A stretch of DNA of 64,000 nucleotides from Octopus vulgaris. Taxonomy: Eukaryota. This document shows positions 1-13,484 of this stretch, one piece after another. The translations under genes and the position numbers were made by a program. How positions within the stretch are numbered: position 1 is the first letter of the stretch; every line of letters begins with the position of its first letter. The stretch covers positions 35,650,001-35,714,000 of the forward strand of contig OX597823.1 of assembly GCA_951406725.2 (NCBI GenBank), read 5' to 3'. The notes beneath the pieces were generated by a model. It ran no database searches and was not told where the DNA came from. It was given only the letters and a program-made list of their open reading frames with translations.

Positions 1-70
1 TATATAAATATATATACGTGTGTACAGGACACCACAAATAAACGTAGAACTCAACGAGAAACGAAAACGT

Positions 71-95
71 ATACATATACATATACACACATACA

Positions 96-157
<62 letters not shown>

Positions 158-201
158 CATATATATATACATATATATATATATATGTATATATATATGT
201 A

Positions 202-260
<59 letters not shown>
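71..260. repeat. (TA)n microsatellite; a second tract lies at 596-817
   Basis: Direct dinucleotide repeat; source of the YIYI ORFs. Confidence 0.98.
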
Positions 261-594
261 GCATGGCTCAGTGGTTAGAGCGTCGAGCCTACGATCGTGA
301 GGTTGTAAGTTCGAATCCCGGACCGGGCTGCGTGTTGTGTTCTTGAGCAAGACACTTTATTTCACGTTGCTTCAGTTCACTCAGCTGTAGAAATGAGTTG
401 CGACGTCACAGGTGCCAAGCTGTATCGACCTTTGCCTTTCCCTTGGATAACACTGGTGGCGTGGAGAGGGGAGGCTGGTATGCATGGGCGACTGCTGGCC
501 TTCCATAAACAACCTTGCCCGGACTTGTGTCTAGGAGGGTAACTTTCTAGGTGCAATCCCATGGTCATTCATGACCGAAGGGGGTCTTTACCCT
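261..594 (+). mobile_element. tRNA-derived SINE with CORE-like domain (family A)
   Basis: A box TGGCTCAGTGG and B box GTTCGAATCC, then TGTTCTTGAGCAAGACACTT...CTGTAGAAATGAG resembling the CORE-SINE domain; near-identical copy at 7465-7770; inserted in (TA)n. Confidence 0.9.
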
Positions 595-673
<79 letters not shown>

Positions 674-674
674 T

Positions 675-817
<143 letters not shown>

Positions 818-865
818 GGAAAAAAATCAAGATAGAAAATGCTAAAATAATTTTATAAAAAACAT

Positions 866-905
866 TTCAGTACCGGTTTCAGTCATTGAGACTTTTTCAA
901 CTATA
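866..905 (-). ncRNA. Minimal type I hammerhead ribozyme motif, U3-A8 core variant
   Basis: Minus strand: tag-TTGAAAA-agtc(tcaat)gact-GAAA-ccgg-TA-ctg; perfect 4-bp stem II, palindromic stem III, GUA cleavage triplet; stem I weak. Confidence 0.65.
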
Positions 906-1065
906 AGTATGGAAAACAATTAAATTTTGGAAAAATTAAAAGAAAATTTTTAAAAAAAAATATTTGCATAGTTTTCAAATACAAGTGGCATTTTCCTTGT
1001 TTCTACCTGTCTCTGTCTCTCTTGTTTACTCTTGTGGGTTCGAGGTCGTTGTGAATTTTTGGTAG

Positions 1066-1111
1066 AGAAGAAGAAGAAGAAGAAGAAGAAGAAGAAGAAG
1101 AAGAAGAAGAA
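1066..1111. repeat. (GAA)n microsatellite
   Basis: Direct trinucleotide repeat. Confidence 0.97.
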
Positions 1112-2190
1112 TGTGGGAGTGCCAGTAGAATGGACAAGTGATCCGTTGTGGGTGGTAGCAGTAATTGTTGAATTCTGAAACATCTCTTTTGAATGTTTTG
1201 TTTATAAAATTTGCGTGGGTGTTATTCTAAACAGTTGTTCCTTAAAAGTCCTATCTGCCTGTCATATATCAAGAGATGTGTTATGGCTGAAAATCTGTTG
1301 ATTAACTGCTTTGAATCAATGGTTGGAGTGGAACTGTGGTTTTACTATTGAAGTTTATGAGATTGCCATTTGAGTTCTATGTACTGTTGATTTATTCTTC
1401 ATGGTTGGTTACACTTATGATTGTCTTTGGGTGACCTTTAAGAATTTACCGGTCATTCGGTTGGTTGGCTTACATGTACACATACTTAGTTTTGTATATA
1501 TCTACATTTATACACACTCATACGTACAGATACATGCTCACACACATATATATACATCTTTGTACATACTCATGCTCGGACACAGACACCCACACACACA
1601 CATATACAGGTACACATACAGAGCTTCCCTCCACCCAATTTAATTCGTAGGCTTGGATTATCCTGAGACAATAGTAAAAGGTATCCAAGATGTCATGCTG
1701 TGGATTGGTACCTGTAACCTCCTAAATGCAAAAATAACAATGACCATTCGGCCAATACATGTTTCTGGGCGCAATCGTGAGAAAGCGCATTTAATACATT
1801 TAAAGTTTATTTAGTAGGAAGCAGCTGACCATTCTTTCCGTTGTTACTGTGATTCTCGTGCAAACGTGACATCTTTCAGGTAGCATAATGTTCTAAATCA
1901 TGGTCCATTTCCGTTTTAGAAATTTGAGAGTGTACACATTGATTATCGTAGACATTCTCTTCCCCTAACAACTGTTGTCCCTCGTGACTTCTACTATTCC
2001 TTATACTTATTTTGTTATTCTCTACTTTTATCCAGCACAACAGATAAATGTATTTCGATCTCTCTCCGTTCTTTTCTCGCATAAAAAGAATTTATTTCAA
2101 TTCGTAAACCTTTGTCACTTATTCACACAAACCATTATTAGTCACCCCGAGTGGATTTATTGCTTCATTATCACCAACGTGTGTATGCGA

Positions 2191-2241
<51 letters not shown>

Positions 2242-3917
2242 GTACGTATCTCTGTGTGCAGTAAGAACGTGGCACTGTATGTGAACTTGTGTTGTTATAT
2301 GTATTTGTGTGTATATGTCGATCTGTGAAATGTTTAAAATAATCAATTGCAACAAAGACAATAAAGGGGGGTAACTCAAGAAAAACTCAACCAATAGACC
2401 AAAAGAGCTCGATTAAGTAAATATCAGATTAAGTTTTGTCATTGATGTAATTTCTAAACACATATATAGACCGACCTCCAACATAACCATGCTCCAGACA
2501 GTAAAAGAATAAAAAAGGTAAACATAAATTGACTAACAATTTAAACTATGTGTTGTTTCGTCGTATAAAATGGGGTGGTTAATACGATTTTGTCCATAAA
2601 TCACGTTTTCAAAATTTTAATCTCCATCGCAATTTCTTCATTTGTAATTTTTTCGATTTTTTTTTATCGTTATCTACGTAGAAAAATACAGAGAATACGA
2701 ATCTGGAAAATATATATTTTCTCTTATAGTTTAATTTTTCATAAAGAAACACTCAATGCCCTTCCCCACTTCGCCCACCCATCATCTACCAACTTTCAAA
2801 AAGCTAAAATCTCCCAATCTTTCACTTTTGTCTAATGTTTCCTGCATGCGTAGAATTCTACTGAAATAGCCAACTTAAAAAAATACCAGACAACCACCAA
2901 GAAAACTCGACGTGCTAGAAACAACAGGTAAACGATATTATTTCTGAAGAAACTTCCCCCCTTTCCAAAAAGTTAAAAGTGAAACATTGAGAGTGTGTAA
3001 CTTTTTAAAAGTGGTGGAGTGATGGGTAAAATTGCTAAAGATTCGTACTCTCTGATTTTTCTCAGTTGGAAGACCAAGAAAAATATTTGAAAAAAGTAAA
3101 AAATGAATTTGGTTTGGAGAAGGAGAAAGTTAAAATATTGAGAACGTGTTTTGCGGGTGAAGTCCTAATCCCCTGTATCGCAAACATAGGAGTCGGAAGA
3201 AAATTAGGAAAAAATATTGTGGGGCGGAGATGTCACCTCGGATATGCTAGAAAGAAGAGGTAAAAGACAGAATTACTAGGAAAATTTCCTTTTAAGTTTA
3301 TACCGAAGATCAGGGGGTTTTTTTAAGTACGCACATCACAAACACAAGTTACACAATATAAAAAGATCAATTCAATTAGATTGGAGCAATAAATTTGCGC
3401 GTGCACACAGTAATAAATAGCATAATTCGTACAGAAGTTCTACGTAGAGTGTGTATGTGTGTGTGTGTGTGTGTGTGTGCATTGTGTGTCAAAGGAAGTT
3501 ATTTTATGGCATTCGTTCGTTTGAAGAAGCAATGTTGTCAACTCGACATATATCGGATCAAATGATTGTTCGGTAATTTCTGTAATTTTTTACTTTCTTT
3601 AAACTTTGAAGAGAGCAGAAATTAAAACAGAGGAGAAAGTGAAAAGGCGACATTTGCTTTGAAGTGAGAGGAGGAAGTGAAAAATGTATGTACGTGTATA
3701 TGAAATGGACGCATGTGAGAGAGAGAGAAAGAGAGAGAGAGTGAGTGAGTGAGTGAGTGAGTGAGTGAGTGAGTGAGTGAGTGAGTGAGTGAGTGAGTGA
3801 GTGGGTGGGTGAGTGAAGGTGTTGTTGTGATGTATGAATTTTCTTGGATGTATGTATAAGTGGCACTCACTCGCTCTCTCTCTCTCACATTATCTTTCAT
3901 ACACACATACATAAATA

Positions 3918-4021
3918 GGCGGAGGTTGAGAATATGCACACCACCCGTTTTCAATCTAAACGTACCCTAAACCTAAACCCTAACCCTAAACACCGGGTGT
4001 GTGTATTCTTTACCTTCGTCC
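3918..4021. mobile_element. ~100-bp MITE-like element with telomere-like (TAACCC/TAAACC) core
   Basis: Imperfect ~28-bp terminal inverted repeats (GGCGGAGGTTGAGAATATGCACAC / GTGTGTGTATTCTTTACCTTCGTCC); flanking direct repeat ATAAATA at 3911-3917 and 4022-4028. Confidence 0.65.
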
Positions 4022-4061
4022 ATAAATACATATACATACATCTTTTTTGTGCGCACGTGTA

Positions 4062-4103
<42 letters not shown>

Positions 4104-5014
4104 TGTGTGTGAGTGTGACTATTTCATCATGACATATAGAGAAATGGATATCTTTTAATGCATTTTTTTGTTGCGACTTATTTTAATGCAATATTTATGT
4201 GTACATTTTCATAAATGTTTGTCTGAGTAGAATTCTACGCATGCATAGAACTTCGGATAAAAGTAAAATGTTAGAAGCAAATCGAAACATTGTCCGAAAA
4301 TGACCTCAAAACTGTGCAACCCAACCTAGTTTCCGAGGTTATTTTAGTTGGAAAAAAGAGTTTTGCCAAAACATAATTTATTTGGTAGATAGATAATAAG
4401 CAGCTTTATTATAATATAGATGTGACTAATTCGGAGAAACATTACTTTCATTATTCACACATCGTCACTCTCGTGTTTCAAATTTGAAGTGTGAAACTAT
4501 CTTCACTTTCTAATAAAATCTGGTCGTTGTCGAGAAGTTATTTGATATAGTTTGTTGAGATAACGTAAAAAGTATGTAAATGAAAATAAAGTTTTTTTGA
4601 CATATGTGATTGATTGTTCTGGTCTTAACATCAGTTGGTAAGAATAGAAGTCATTTGACGAAGCTTTTTTGTTTGTACTTGGTTCTCCTGTGGCAGGTTC
4701 AATCCGTGGAATATTGGAATGATATCCATCTTGTCAATTCAACAAAATAAGAGGATAGTGGAGAGCATCATTAAAAGGATGAGTTTATGAAACATGTTTA
4801 AAATTATCTCGAACACGAATGAGAATACATTAGCCATAAGGAAGGCAACTTCATTAGATGTGGGCTCATTAAACAGCGTAAATGTTCTTTACTATAGTTT
4901 CCTATAGAAAGAACGAACGCAGAAACACACACATTCTCACAGACATATACACACTCATAGAATTAATAATATTGAAAACAGCAAAACGTACGTACACGAA
5001 ATTCAAGCGAAGCG

Positions 5015-5183
5015 AAACGTAGTCAATGTAGGTGCAAAACATACTTTCTGTAGCTATAAAAAATGGAAAGTCGTTAATTTAGCAAAAGTTACTAAATGTA
5101 GTCAATATAGGTGTAAAACATACTTTCTGTAGCATAGTTATGCTTTAAAAAATGGGAAGTCACCAATTTAGCAAAAGTTACTA
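5015..5183. repeat. Two-copy ~80-bp tandem duplication
   Basis: GTAGTCAAT.TAGGTG.AAAACATACTTTCTGTAGC...AATTTAGCAAAAGTTACTA present twice. Confidence 0.85.
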
Positions 5184-6149
5184 TGCGTCACCAATGTAAC
5201 AAAGTACAGAAAGTAAACATTTTTTCGGAACATGAAGACTTTCTTCACTTTCTTCACGGTGAAGAAAGTTGAAGTCCAAAAAAATTCAGAAGGCAAAAGT
5301 CAATTTTTCGAACAAAAATAATTTATTTTACAATTTTGAAACGAGCTCTGAACCAAGTGTATAGAAAGGAATATGCTGCTGTTGTGAACGTTAATTTAAA
5401 ACATTTGCTGAAGGATTCATATAGCAAGACATAAATTAATTTGGCATTACTATATATTTTTTAACTGTGTAACGTTATAAGCTGTAGAATAAGTACTAAC
5501 TAACGCAGTAAAAATGTTGTGTGGCGTTGATACTCACAGTGAAGAAAACGCTTAGCATGAATATGATAAGGACTGTTAGTAAAGCATTATCTTCAAACTG
5601 GTTAAAAGGCGTGGAATAACATTTCTGTGATTATATTGAAAGAGCCCCTGAGGCTTTCTACTCCACCAAGTTTTTCAGATATATTTTCAAGTATTGTAAG
5701 TGCTGTCAAATCAGCCAAATCTTCATGCTAGTAGCACTTCAATGTGAACACCGTTGTTCGTTAAAAGTCCTGGCCACAACTGAACTGTTTCAAAATCGAT
5801 GCGTATTCTAGGACACACACTCACACACAGACATACATTAACGCACACCTCAAATCTGTCTCTGTCCCTGTGTATGTCTGTCTCTGTGTTTAGGTATGTG
5901 TGTGTCAGTCATCACAAAAATGTATGTATACTGATAGACACATGCACCGTCACACACATATACTTGTCAGTCATCGGCCTAACGTAGGTAACGAACGCGC
6001 GAACACACTCATATAGAAAATGTGACGACGTTGTAGTGGCTGTATAAAATATCGTTTACGATAGGTGACTAAAAGAAAGATTATAATATCAAATTTTTGT
6101 AATGCAAATATGTGAATTAAAATATAGCTTAGTTGGTAATCAAAAGCTT

Positions 6150-6236
6150 ACTGAATCTTTTGATACCCCATATGTCAAAATCGGCATCTCGGTTTTGGAA
6201 TGCATAAGGAAGATACGCACGCACGCACACACACAA

Positions 6237-6289
<53 letters not shown>

Positions 6290-6317
6290 CATACAAACTC
6301 TCTTTTATAGATATAGA
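6150..6317 (-). mobile_element. 5' end of a non-autonomous Helitron-like element
   Basis: Minus strand begins A|TCTATATCTATAAAAGAGAG followed by (GT)n, the same layout as the element at 63620; 3' end not located. Confidence 0.45.
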
Positions 6318-6483
6318 TGAGACAAGTTATTTGTCCAGACATTTAACTGCTTTTTTTACTTTTGGAATGAATAATTAATATTCTAGCGAAAACTTTACAA
6401 ACTTTACAAACTTTTTATTTGAATAGCAATGCACATAATAAGCTTGATGCCATAACAACTTCAGGTACATATGTGTGTATGAG

Positions 6484-6525
<42 letters not shown>

Positions 6526-6559
6526 TGTGTGTATACGTATATATACAAGTAGCTGATTT

Positions 6560-7135
6560 AGTCTGTACATATATACTTTGGGAAATGGCAGAACAGTTCC
6601 CAAGCATCAATGGAGGTCTATATCGTGATGATTGTTTACTTTACCTTAAAAACTACAAAAAGCTAAGAATAGTTTAGTTAAGTTTTACCGTAGAGTTGAC
6701 TTAGGCATCGTTTTTTATTATAATGTAACGAAGGCCAACTTTTTAGATATTACACTTAACTTACCCAATAATTCGTACTTCCCACACCACAAACCATCGA
6801 CCAATCTTAAGTATATTAGCCAATTCAGTAATCATTCTAGGGCAATCACTAGGAACTTAATTAAGAATATTTAATTTAGATTGTCTAAGTTATCTGCTAA
6901 TGTTGACATTTTCAATGGTAAGGCCGAATTTTATAACTCTGCCTTACTTAAAGCAGATTATACACAGAAAGTTACATACATTAATTCCATTCAATCTTAT
7001 TCAACCTTTACTAATGGAGACATGAAATCTAGTTGTAAGGATATAAACGATATCAATTTTAATTTATATGCCAACACCAAACAGAGCAAGGGAGATAAAC
7101 CTTATTTAAACCCCTCTTTTCATTCTCAAGGTAAA
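6560..7135 (+). pseudogene. Penelope-like element reverse transcriptase fragment (GLYRDD type)
   Basis: Translates to GGLYRDDCL, NFLDITLNL..SYFPHHKP, SNHSRAI, RLSKLSAN..FN..A..YN.AL with stops and frameshifts. Confidence 0.85.
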
Positions 7136-7159
7136 TCGTTGTATATATGTATATGTGTG

Positions 7160-7380
7160 GGTGTTTGTGTGTCTGTGTTTGTCCCCCAACATCGCCTGAC
7201 AACCGATGCTGGTGTCTTTACGTCCCCGTAAGTTAGCGGTTCGGCAAAAGAGACCGGTAGAATAAGTACTTGGCTTACAAAAAATAAGTCCTGGGGTCGA
7301 TTTTCTCGACTAAAGGCGGTGCTCCAGCATGATCGCAGTCAAATGTCTGAAACAAGTAAAATAGTAAAGAGTAAAGAGTA
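7160..7380 (+). mobile_element. 3' half of abundant tRNA-derived SINE (family B)
   Basis: GTTTGTCCCCC...ACAACCGATGCTGGTG...GCGGTGCTCCAGCATG...GAAACAAGTAAAA; matches copies at 34625-34835 (+) and 37160-37360 (-). Confidence 0.88.
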
Positions 7381-7464
7381 AGGGAAAAATACACACATCT
7401 ATTTATATGTATATATATATGTGTGTGTGTGTGTGTATCTACACACACACATGTGAAATGTGAA

Positions 7465-7770
7465 GGCGCATGGCTCAGTGGTTAGAGCGTCGAGCTTACG
7501 ATCGTGAGGTTGTAAGTTCGAATTCCAGACCGGGCTGCGTGTTGTGTTCTTGAGTAAGACACTTTATTTCACGTTGCCACAGTTCACTCAACTGTAGAAA
7601 TGAGTTGCGACGTCACAGGTGCCAAGCTGTATCTGCAGTTGCCTTTCCTTTGGATAACGCTGGTGGCGTGGAGAGGGGAGGCTGGTATAAACAACCTTGC
7701 CCGGATTTGTGCCTGGGAGGGAAATTTTCTAGGTGAAATCCCACGGTCAGCCATGATCGAAGGGGTCTCA
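7465..7770 (+). mobile_element. SINE family A, second copy
   Basis: High identity to 261-594 with a ~30-bp internal deletion. Confidence 0.9.
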
Positions 7771-7780
7771 ACACACACAC

Positions 7781-7844
<64 letters not shown>

Positions 7845-7846
<2 letters not shown>

Positions 7847-8010
7847 GACGGGCTTCTTTCAGTTTCCGTCTACCTAATGCACTCACAAGAGTTTGGTTAG
7901 CCCGAGGCTACAGTAGAAGACACTCGCCGAAGGTGCTACGTAGTGGGGCTGAACCTGAAATCATGTTGTTAGGAAGGAAGCTTCTTATCACACAGCCACT
8001 CTTGCGCCTA
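7845..8010 (-). mobile_element. 5' half of SINE family B
   Basis: Reverse complement GGCGCAAGAGTGGCTGTGTGA...GGTTCAG...GGAAACTGAAAGAAGCCCGTCG; matches 42023-42190 (+) and 37390-37527 (-). Confidence 0.85.
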
Positions 8011-8053
8011 TGTATCTACACGCACACACACTCTCTCACACACACACACACTC

Positions 8054-8084
<31 letters not shown>

Positions 8085-8434
8085 AGAACAAAGTGTACGT
8101 ACGCCGCTATATATATATATATAAAATAAATTACAAAATGGGACAAGACCGCAAAACATCCGGACAACCAGTTGATACAAAAAGGGACAACAAAACATCC
8201 AGATAGACGATACAAAAAAACAAGGACGGGTCATTCGAAGCCTTTTATCCTCACTCAAGAACAAGATCATCCTCGCAATTTCGGCTGATTAATCTTGACA
8301 TTGCTCCAATCTGACCAGCTCCAAGGAAAATCTAAGCTAAGAGCGTTAGGTTCCTTGGAAAAAAGCATCGAATGTATACGAAAACAAGGACGGAAAAACA
8401 GACGATATTACACGAATATAAATACAAAAATACA

Positions 8435-8485
<51 letters not shown>

Positions 8486-9194
8486 GGCCATAACATTCTA
8501 CCGCGAACATAAAATGGGAATCACTGCATGTTTCACCTTCTGTATAAATCATATCATTTCTGTTATGATTCCTGATGGAATTCGCTTGACTCATGTTGTT
8601 GCAGAATAAACAGGGCTTATCTTTTTTGCGGTTGTTTTTCAAAGTACAACGTGCAGATACTCTAATGTTAGTTTCCTTGGAGTCAGAAATAGAGGTCAAT
8701 ATTTTAATTCCGTCTAAAAGTTACAATATATGTCTGAGGAAATATCTGTTTGAAACGAGCATATTTTTCCGAAACATGCTGGTAACTTTCATGCAGCACT
8801 TTTGAGATGCCAACGAAATTTTGGGGCCAATTAATCATTAAGGAAATTCTGTTACACATTGTAGTGTGTTTGTTAAAATTATGTGTGAAGGTTTTCTAAT
8901 CTTAACTATCTTATTTGCTATTTCCTTTAATCGTGATTCACTGTAACGGTGTTTGACATGATAATGTTCAAATGCATTTGCATGTTTCCAGTAATCCCCT
9001 ATTTCAGTACAAATCCGTTCTATTCTCAAAAATTAGGATTTCGGATTTGATCGAATTATATGACATAATTATATTATATAATTCGGTCAAATTAAATATT
9101 AAGGCAGTATGAGTCTCCCCAGACACAACAATATTTCTCAACACACGAATTCACATGAAGAATCTTGCAAACCAGATACAAACATGTGTATACA

Positions 9195-9352
<158 letters not shown>

Positions 9353-12300
9353 TAACAGGAATGTACAGGTGTCAATTTATTGCGGTCGTTTCAAGCAACT
9401 CCTTTAATTGATTAATGAAACATCACTTCATTTGAAAGAAAACGTTTTCCTCAGATAACAGCATAGACTTCAAACATAAAAGATACAAGCATTTCCTTAA
9501 GATATTAACATCAATAATGGAACTCAAAATAATTGTTTCTTTTGCGATGTCTGTGGCAAAATGAGTTTCGAAAAAAATATCTTGTTAAATCCACTATAAT
9601 TTAGAGAATAGCAGAGGAGATAGTGAGGGTCAGGATAAAAAGACTGGTGACCTATTTAATTATATTTAGAAGACTTTATAAAGAATGTAGTCTTCAACCA
9701 TTTAGAATAAAATCTATTAGAAATTGTCAACTGTATTCTAGGTAACGGTGATAAACCAGTTAATGTCAGGCAATCTACTAGACTCTCAATGTACTGGAAC
9801 CATATATCTAGCATTACCTACACAAAAGGGTAGGTCATAAAGTTTATAGTAAAGGAATGCCTGATGGGGAAGGGGTGATAAATGAAATAAAGAAGGATAG
9901 GGGTGGCCAAAGCTTATTTTGATTATCATATTAAAGGGGAATATAATGAAAAACCAAAAGGGGTAAGTAATATTGATATCCAATATTCAATTAATATTGT
10001 TTGGGTGTGCGGATTATACCGACCGAGAACGGTGCCTCAGTTTAAATACCTAATTCAATGGAATCTTAATTTCATATATATATGTACAAGCAGTTAACTT
10101 AAAGAGGCTGCCAACACCTCTCATAAATTCCTAGTTATATTTAACCATGCGCAATAATTAGAAACTATATAAACCGTAATAATTATAATCATTTGCTTTC
10201 ACTTATTTACTTCCAGAAGAAATATATCTAAAGTGTCTTTATTCAAGGATGAATAATTTTTCATAAAAACCGTCCAAAATACGTACCTATTCATATCTAA
10301 ACGTTTAGATTTCAATTGAATGGGTTTCTTCAATAAAGACATCCATTCAGTTCTTTCCTATTGACTGATTTAGTTTATTTAATTACGTTAGTCGCTAGCG
10401 TGTATTATAATATATGTAGATAATTCTGAGATAATGGTGGCGTCAATATTATTTCATTCGAAAGTTGTAAGGATCTATATATTTTATATAAATCAGGTTT
10501 GAAGTAACGGACATTAGCACCAAGCCACACATTTATGGGCGAAGATAACAGTGAAATTAAATATCTGGTACTTACTTTATATATAAAAACGTATATTACT
10601 GAGAGAAATTATTTATAATATTAACAGTAGTTAATGATTCCATCACCAATGCTCAAGTAGATATACTAAAGTCTATACTTTGCTGAAGAGGGTTAATAAA
10701 ACTTAAACATATTCAAAATTGTCTCTCTTACTAAAATAATTAACGTATTAGTTACTGAATTAAAATTGTCTTTTCCTCACCACACAAGTGTTTCTAATTA
10801 TATTCTAGACGCTACACTAAATGTATTAACCCTAACTATATGAAACTCCTGTAAACTGGTTCACTTAGAGATTTGATTAAATGTTAGATATTAACATTTA
10901 CCAAGTAAACGACAAAGATTGGGTAGAAATACTTCATTCACAAGCTGCAGATGAAAATACCGGTATTGAAGTTCTCAAACATGAAGCGTCATAATTTCTC
11001 TTGTGATTAATAAGCTTTTCTTAAATGAATGATCTTTTTTTCTTGAAAGAAAGGAAAACTAAAAATGCAATGAGAAAGAATAATTAGTGAAAAATTTAGC
11101 AAACATCCGTCTGTAATTCATGGTGCAAAAGAAATTATTATTTTACTGTGGATTTCATAAAACAATATTCTTAAGAATAATTAATAATTATCTCCTTTTT
11201 ATTATGCTATTTCTTTCAGACTAGCCTAGGGATTAAGGATTAATGTGATCAGCTAATGATCAAAATCAGACTTAGCAGCGCATTGTGTCTTTGAGCAAGA
11301 TGCTTCATTTCACATTGACTGAGTTTATTCCGCTAAAAATTAGTTTTAATGCAGCCCTTTCTCTCTCCAGCTATCACGACCAAGATGTTCCGTTGGGCGA
11401 AAGATGGAGAGGACGTCTGTATATGTTCGCCGCTGCACACGCATCTAAAATACTTTGTCAAAGCATGGTACATGTTAGCTGACTCTCATTCTACCACTCT
11501 TTTTCATAAGGACTGCTTTTAGTGTGAGGAAGAGAACGCGCGCGTGTGTGTGTGTTTGGGCGTAGTGTTGACTTGATAAATAGTGTGATGCAAATTGATA
11601 ATCTTGATGTGACACTAATGAACGCCAACTGGTGTCAATCGACTTCTAATCGGAGTGTCATGGTTATGTGGGGATTGGAGTTTCGTCTTCTTTTCTACTC
11701 ATTTCAAGTTGGCCCAGATCGGGAATTAAATGTATCACAATACATGACTTTTACGGATCTTTACTTTTTGACCTACAGATTTAAAAAATAATTTTTTGTA
11801 ACTAAACACTTTCAAACTTCGGACACTGGTAGAATGTGTCATATAAAACATCTTTTACTCTTAGCATTTTTGAGAAAAGCTTATATTTACGAAGTAATTT
11901 CACGTTAAGGTAGTCCTATTTCGGTAATTTCAACCTATCAATGACGTGTATTCAGCTGAAAAAAATTACTGCTGTTGTTTGTCAACAAGAACTTGATTGG
12001 TTTGGGAAATCTAATTAATTAAATTAAAAAACAATTTCGTAATCAGTTGAGCTACATAGATGTGAATCGATTCCTGTCGAATTTTCTAAGTAATCGAAGT
12101 AAAATAATTGAAAAAAGTGAGGGTATACGGCATAATATCAGTGAGGGAAGCAATGGAGGATTGCACGATTTTCTAGAAATAGCAGGTACATCACCCTCGA
12201 ATCACACCCTAACGTCATAAAAAACAAAGCGAATGACATATTGTATAAGGTAGTCGTAGATGAACTGTATCTTGACAAAAGTTAGAATGGTAACTATTGG

Positions 12301-12734
12301 AAAATTTCCTGTCATAGTCAGCTTTGATCAGAGTGACTTGAAACTAAATAAATTTATTCAGTCGTGTTTAAACTTCTGCGTTGTGTCTAAAAATCTTTAA
12401 CAATCATCAATAATTACTCAAAACCATTGACTTGAAGTTTAAATAGGAGTGTAACAAACAATGACGGCCGATATGCACAATTGTGATTGTCAACATGCAA
12501 CATGCCTACTATAAAAGTGTATGAAGTAGTAATTAATCGATAAAAATTGCGGTTTCGATTCCAATATTCGCCCCCTAACACCCGCCAAAATTTTAGCTCA
12601 GCGATCATCTTAAATAGTACTAGGTAATGTGAGAGCTCTTGTCTCGGTGTAAGGCTGTATTCTTTATGCTCAGAAGTGATCCGGGTATTAGCCGAAGGTA
12701 GCCAGCAATCACTCTCAACAACAATGCCATAATA

Positions 12735-12828
12735 CAGTTCTATATTTAAGAGATGAGGAATTATTTACATTATTTACATTCGACAAATATCCGTCGAATA
12801 TAAATAATGTAAATAATGAACAATTCCA
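12735..12828. repeat. Fold-back fragment of the HHR-bearing repeat seen at 41417-41560
   Basis: Starts CAGTTCTATATTTAAGAGATGAGGAATTAT as at 41417, then switches at TCGAC to the reverse complement of the same sequence. Confidence 0.8.
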
Positions 12829-13388
12829 TAGTTCTTGACGTCTTATGTTAATGGTTTCACGAAGCTATCACAGCAGCGATCCACGCCAATCTACTTGTGT
12901 TATTGATTACTGTTACGAGAAATACAAAATTAAATTGACCTTAGTAATTTTATGCTAATTTAGTGGCATTTATTTTATCGACATTCGTAAATTTTCAACT
13001 ACGTAACCCTCCCAACTCACTCCGAACATCAATACTGAATTTTCAAAACAAACTTTGCAATGCAAATGACAGAATAAACTAAAACAATTCTTGTGTAATT
13101 TAAACCGAACATGTTCGTATATAATAACCACTGAAATGATAAACTTCCTAGATTTAAATATGCTGTAGCTCTTCGATTTTTAATTGATTTAATGTCTTAT
13201 TTTCTCTTTCAGGAGAGAAAAAGACTATTTATTTAATGAACAATATATTGGTCATTTATAAAGGAAAGAAAATAATTATAATTTATAGGGACATAGAATT
13301 CAATAAAAAAAAAGTTGGCAAATTCGACAACACAGAAATACAACATAGCACACAGATATAGAAATATGGCGAACTAACTAGAGAGAAG

Positions 13389-13477
<89 letters not shown>

Positions 13478-13484
13478 GATAGAT

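Noticed and set aside
261-330. tRNA-like sequence (also 7465-7535)
   Set aside because: No closed acceptor stem; continues into a CORE-like body present in two copies, so it is a SINE head.
8120-8440. Structured repeat with cagccGAAAttgcga on the minus strand
   Set aside because: No correctly placed CUGANGA or NUH triplet; cannot be called a ribozyme.
9400-13200. Possible host exons in mostly unique AT-rich sequence (e.g. near 10900, and also 61840)
   Set aside because: Short frames with no recognisable domain or paired splice sites; cannot be supported without expression data.
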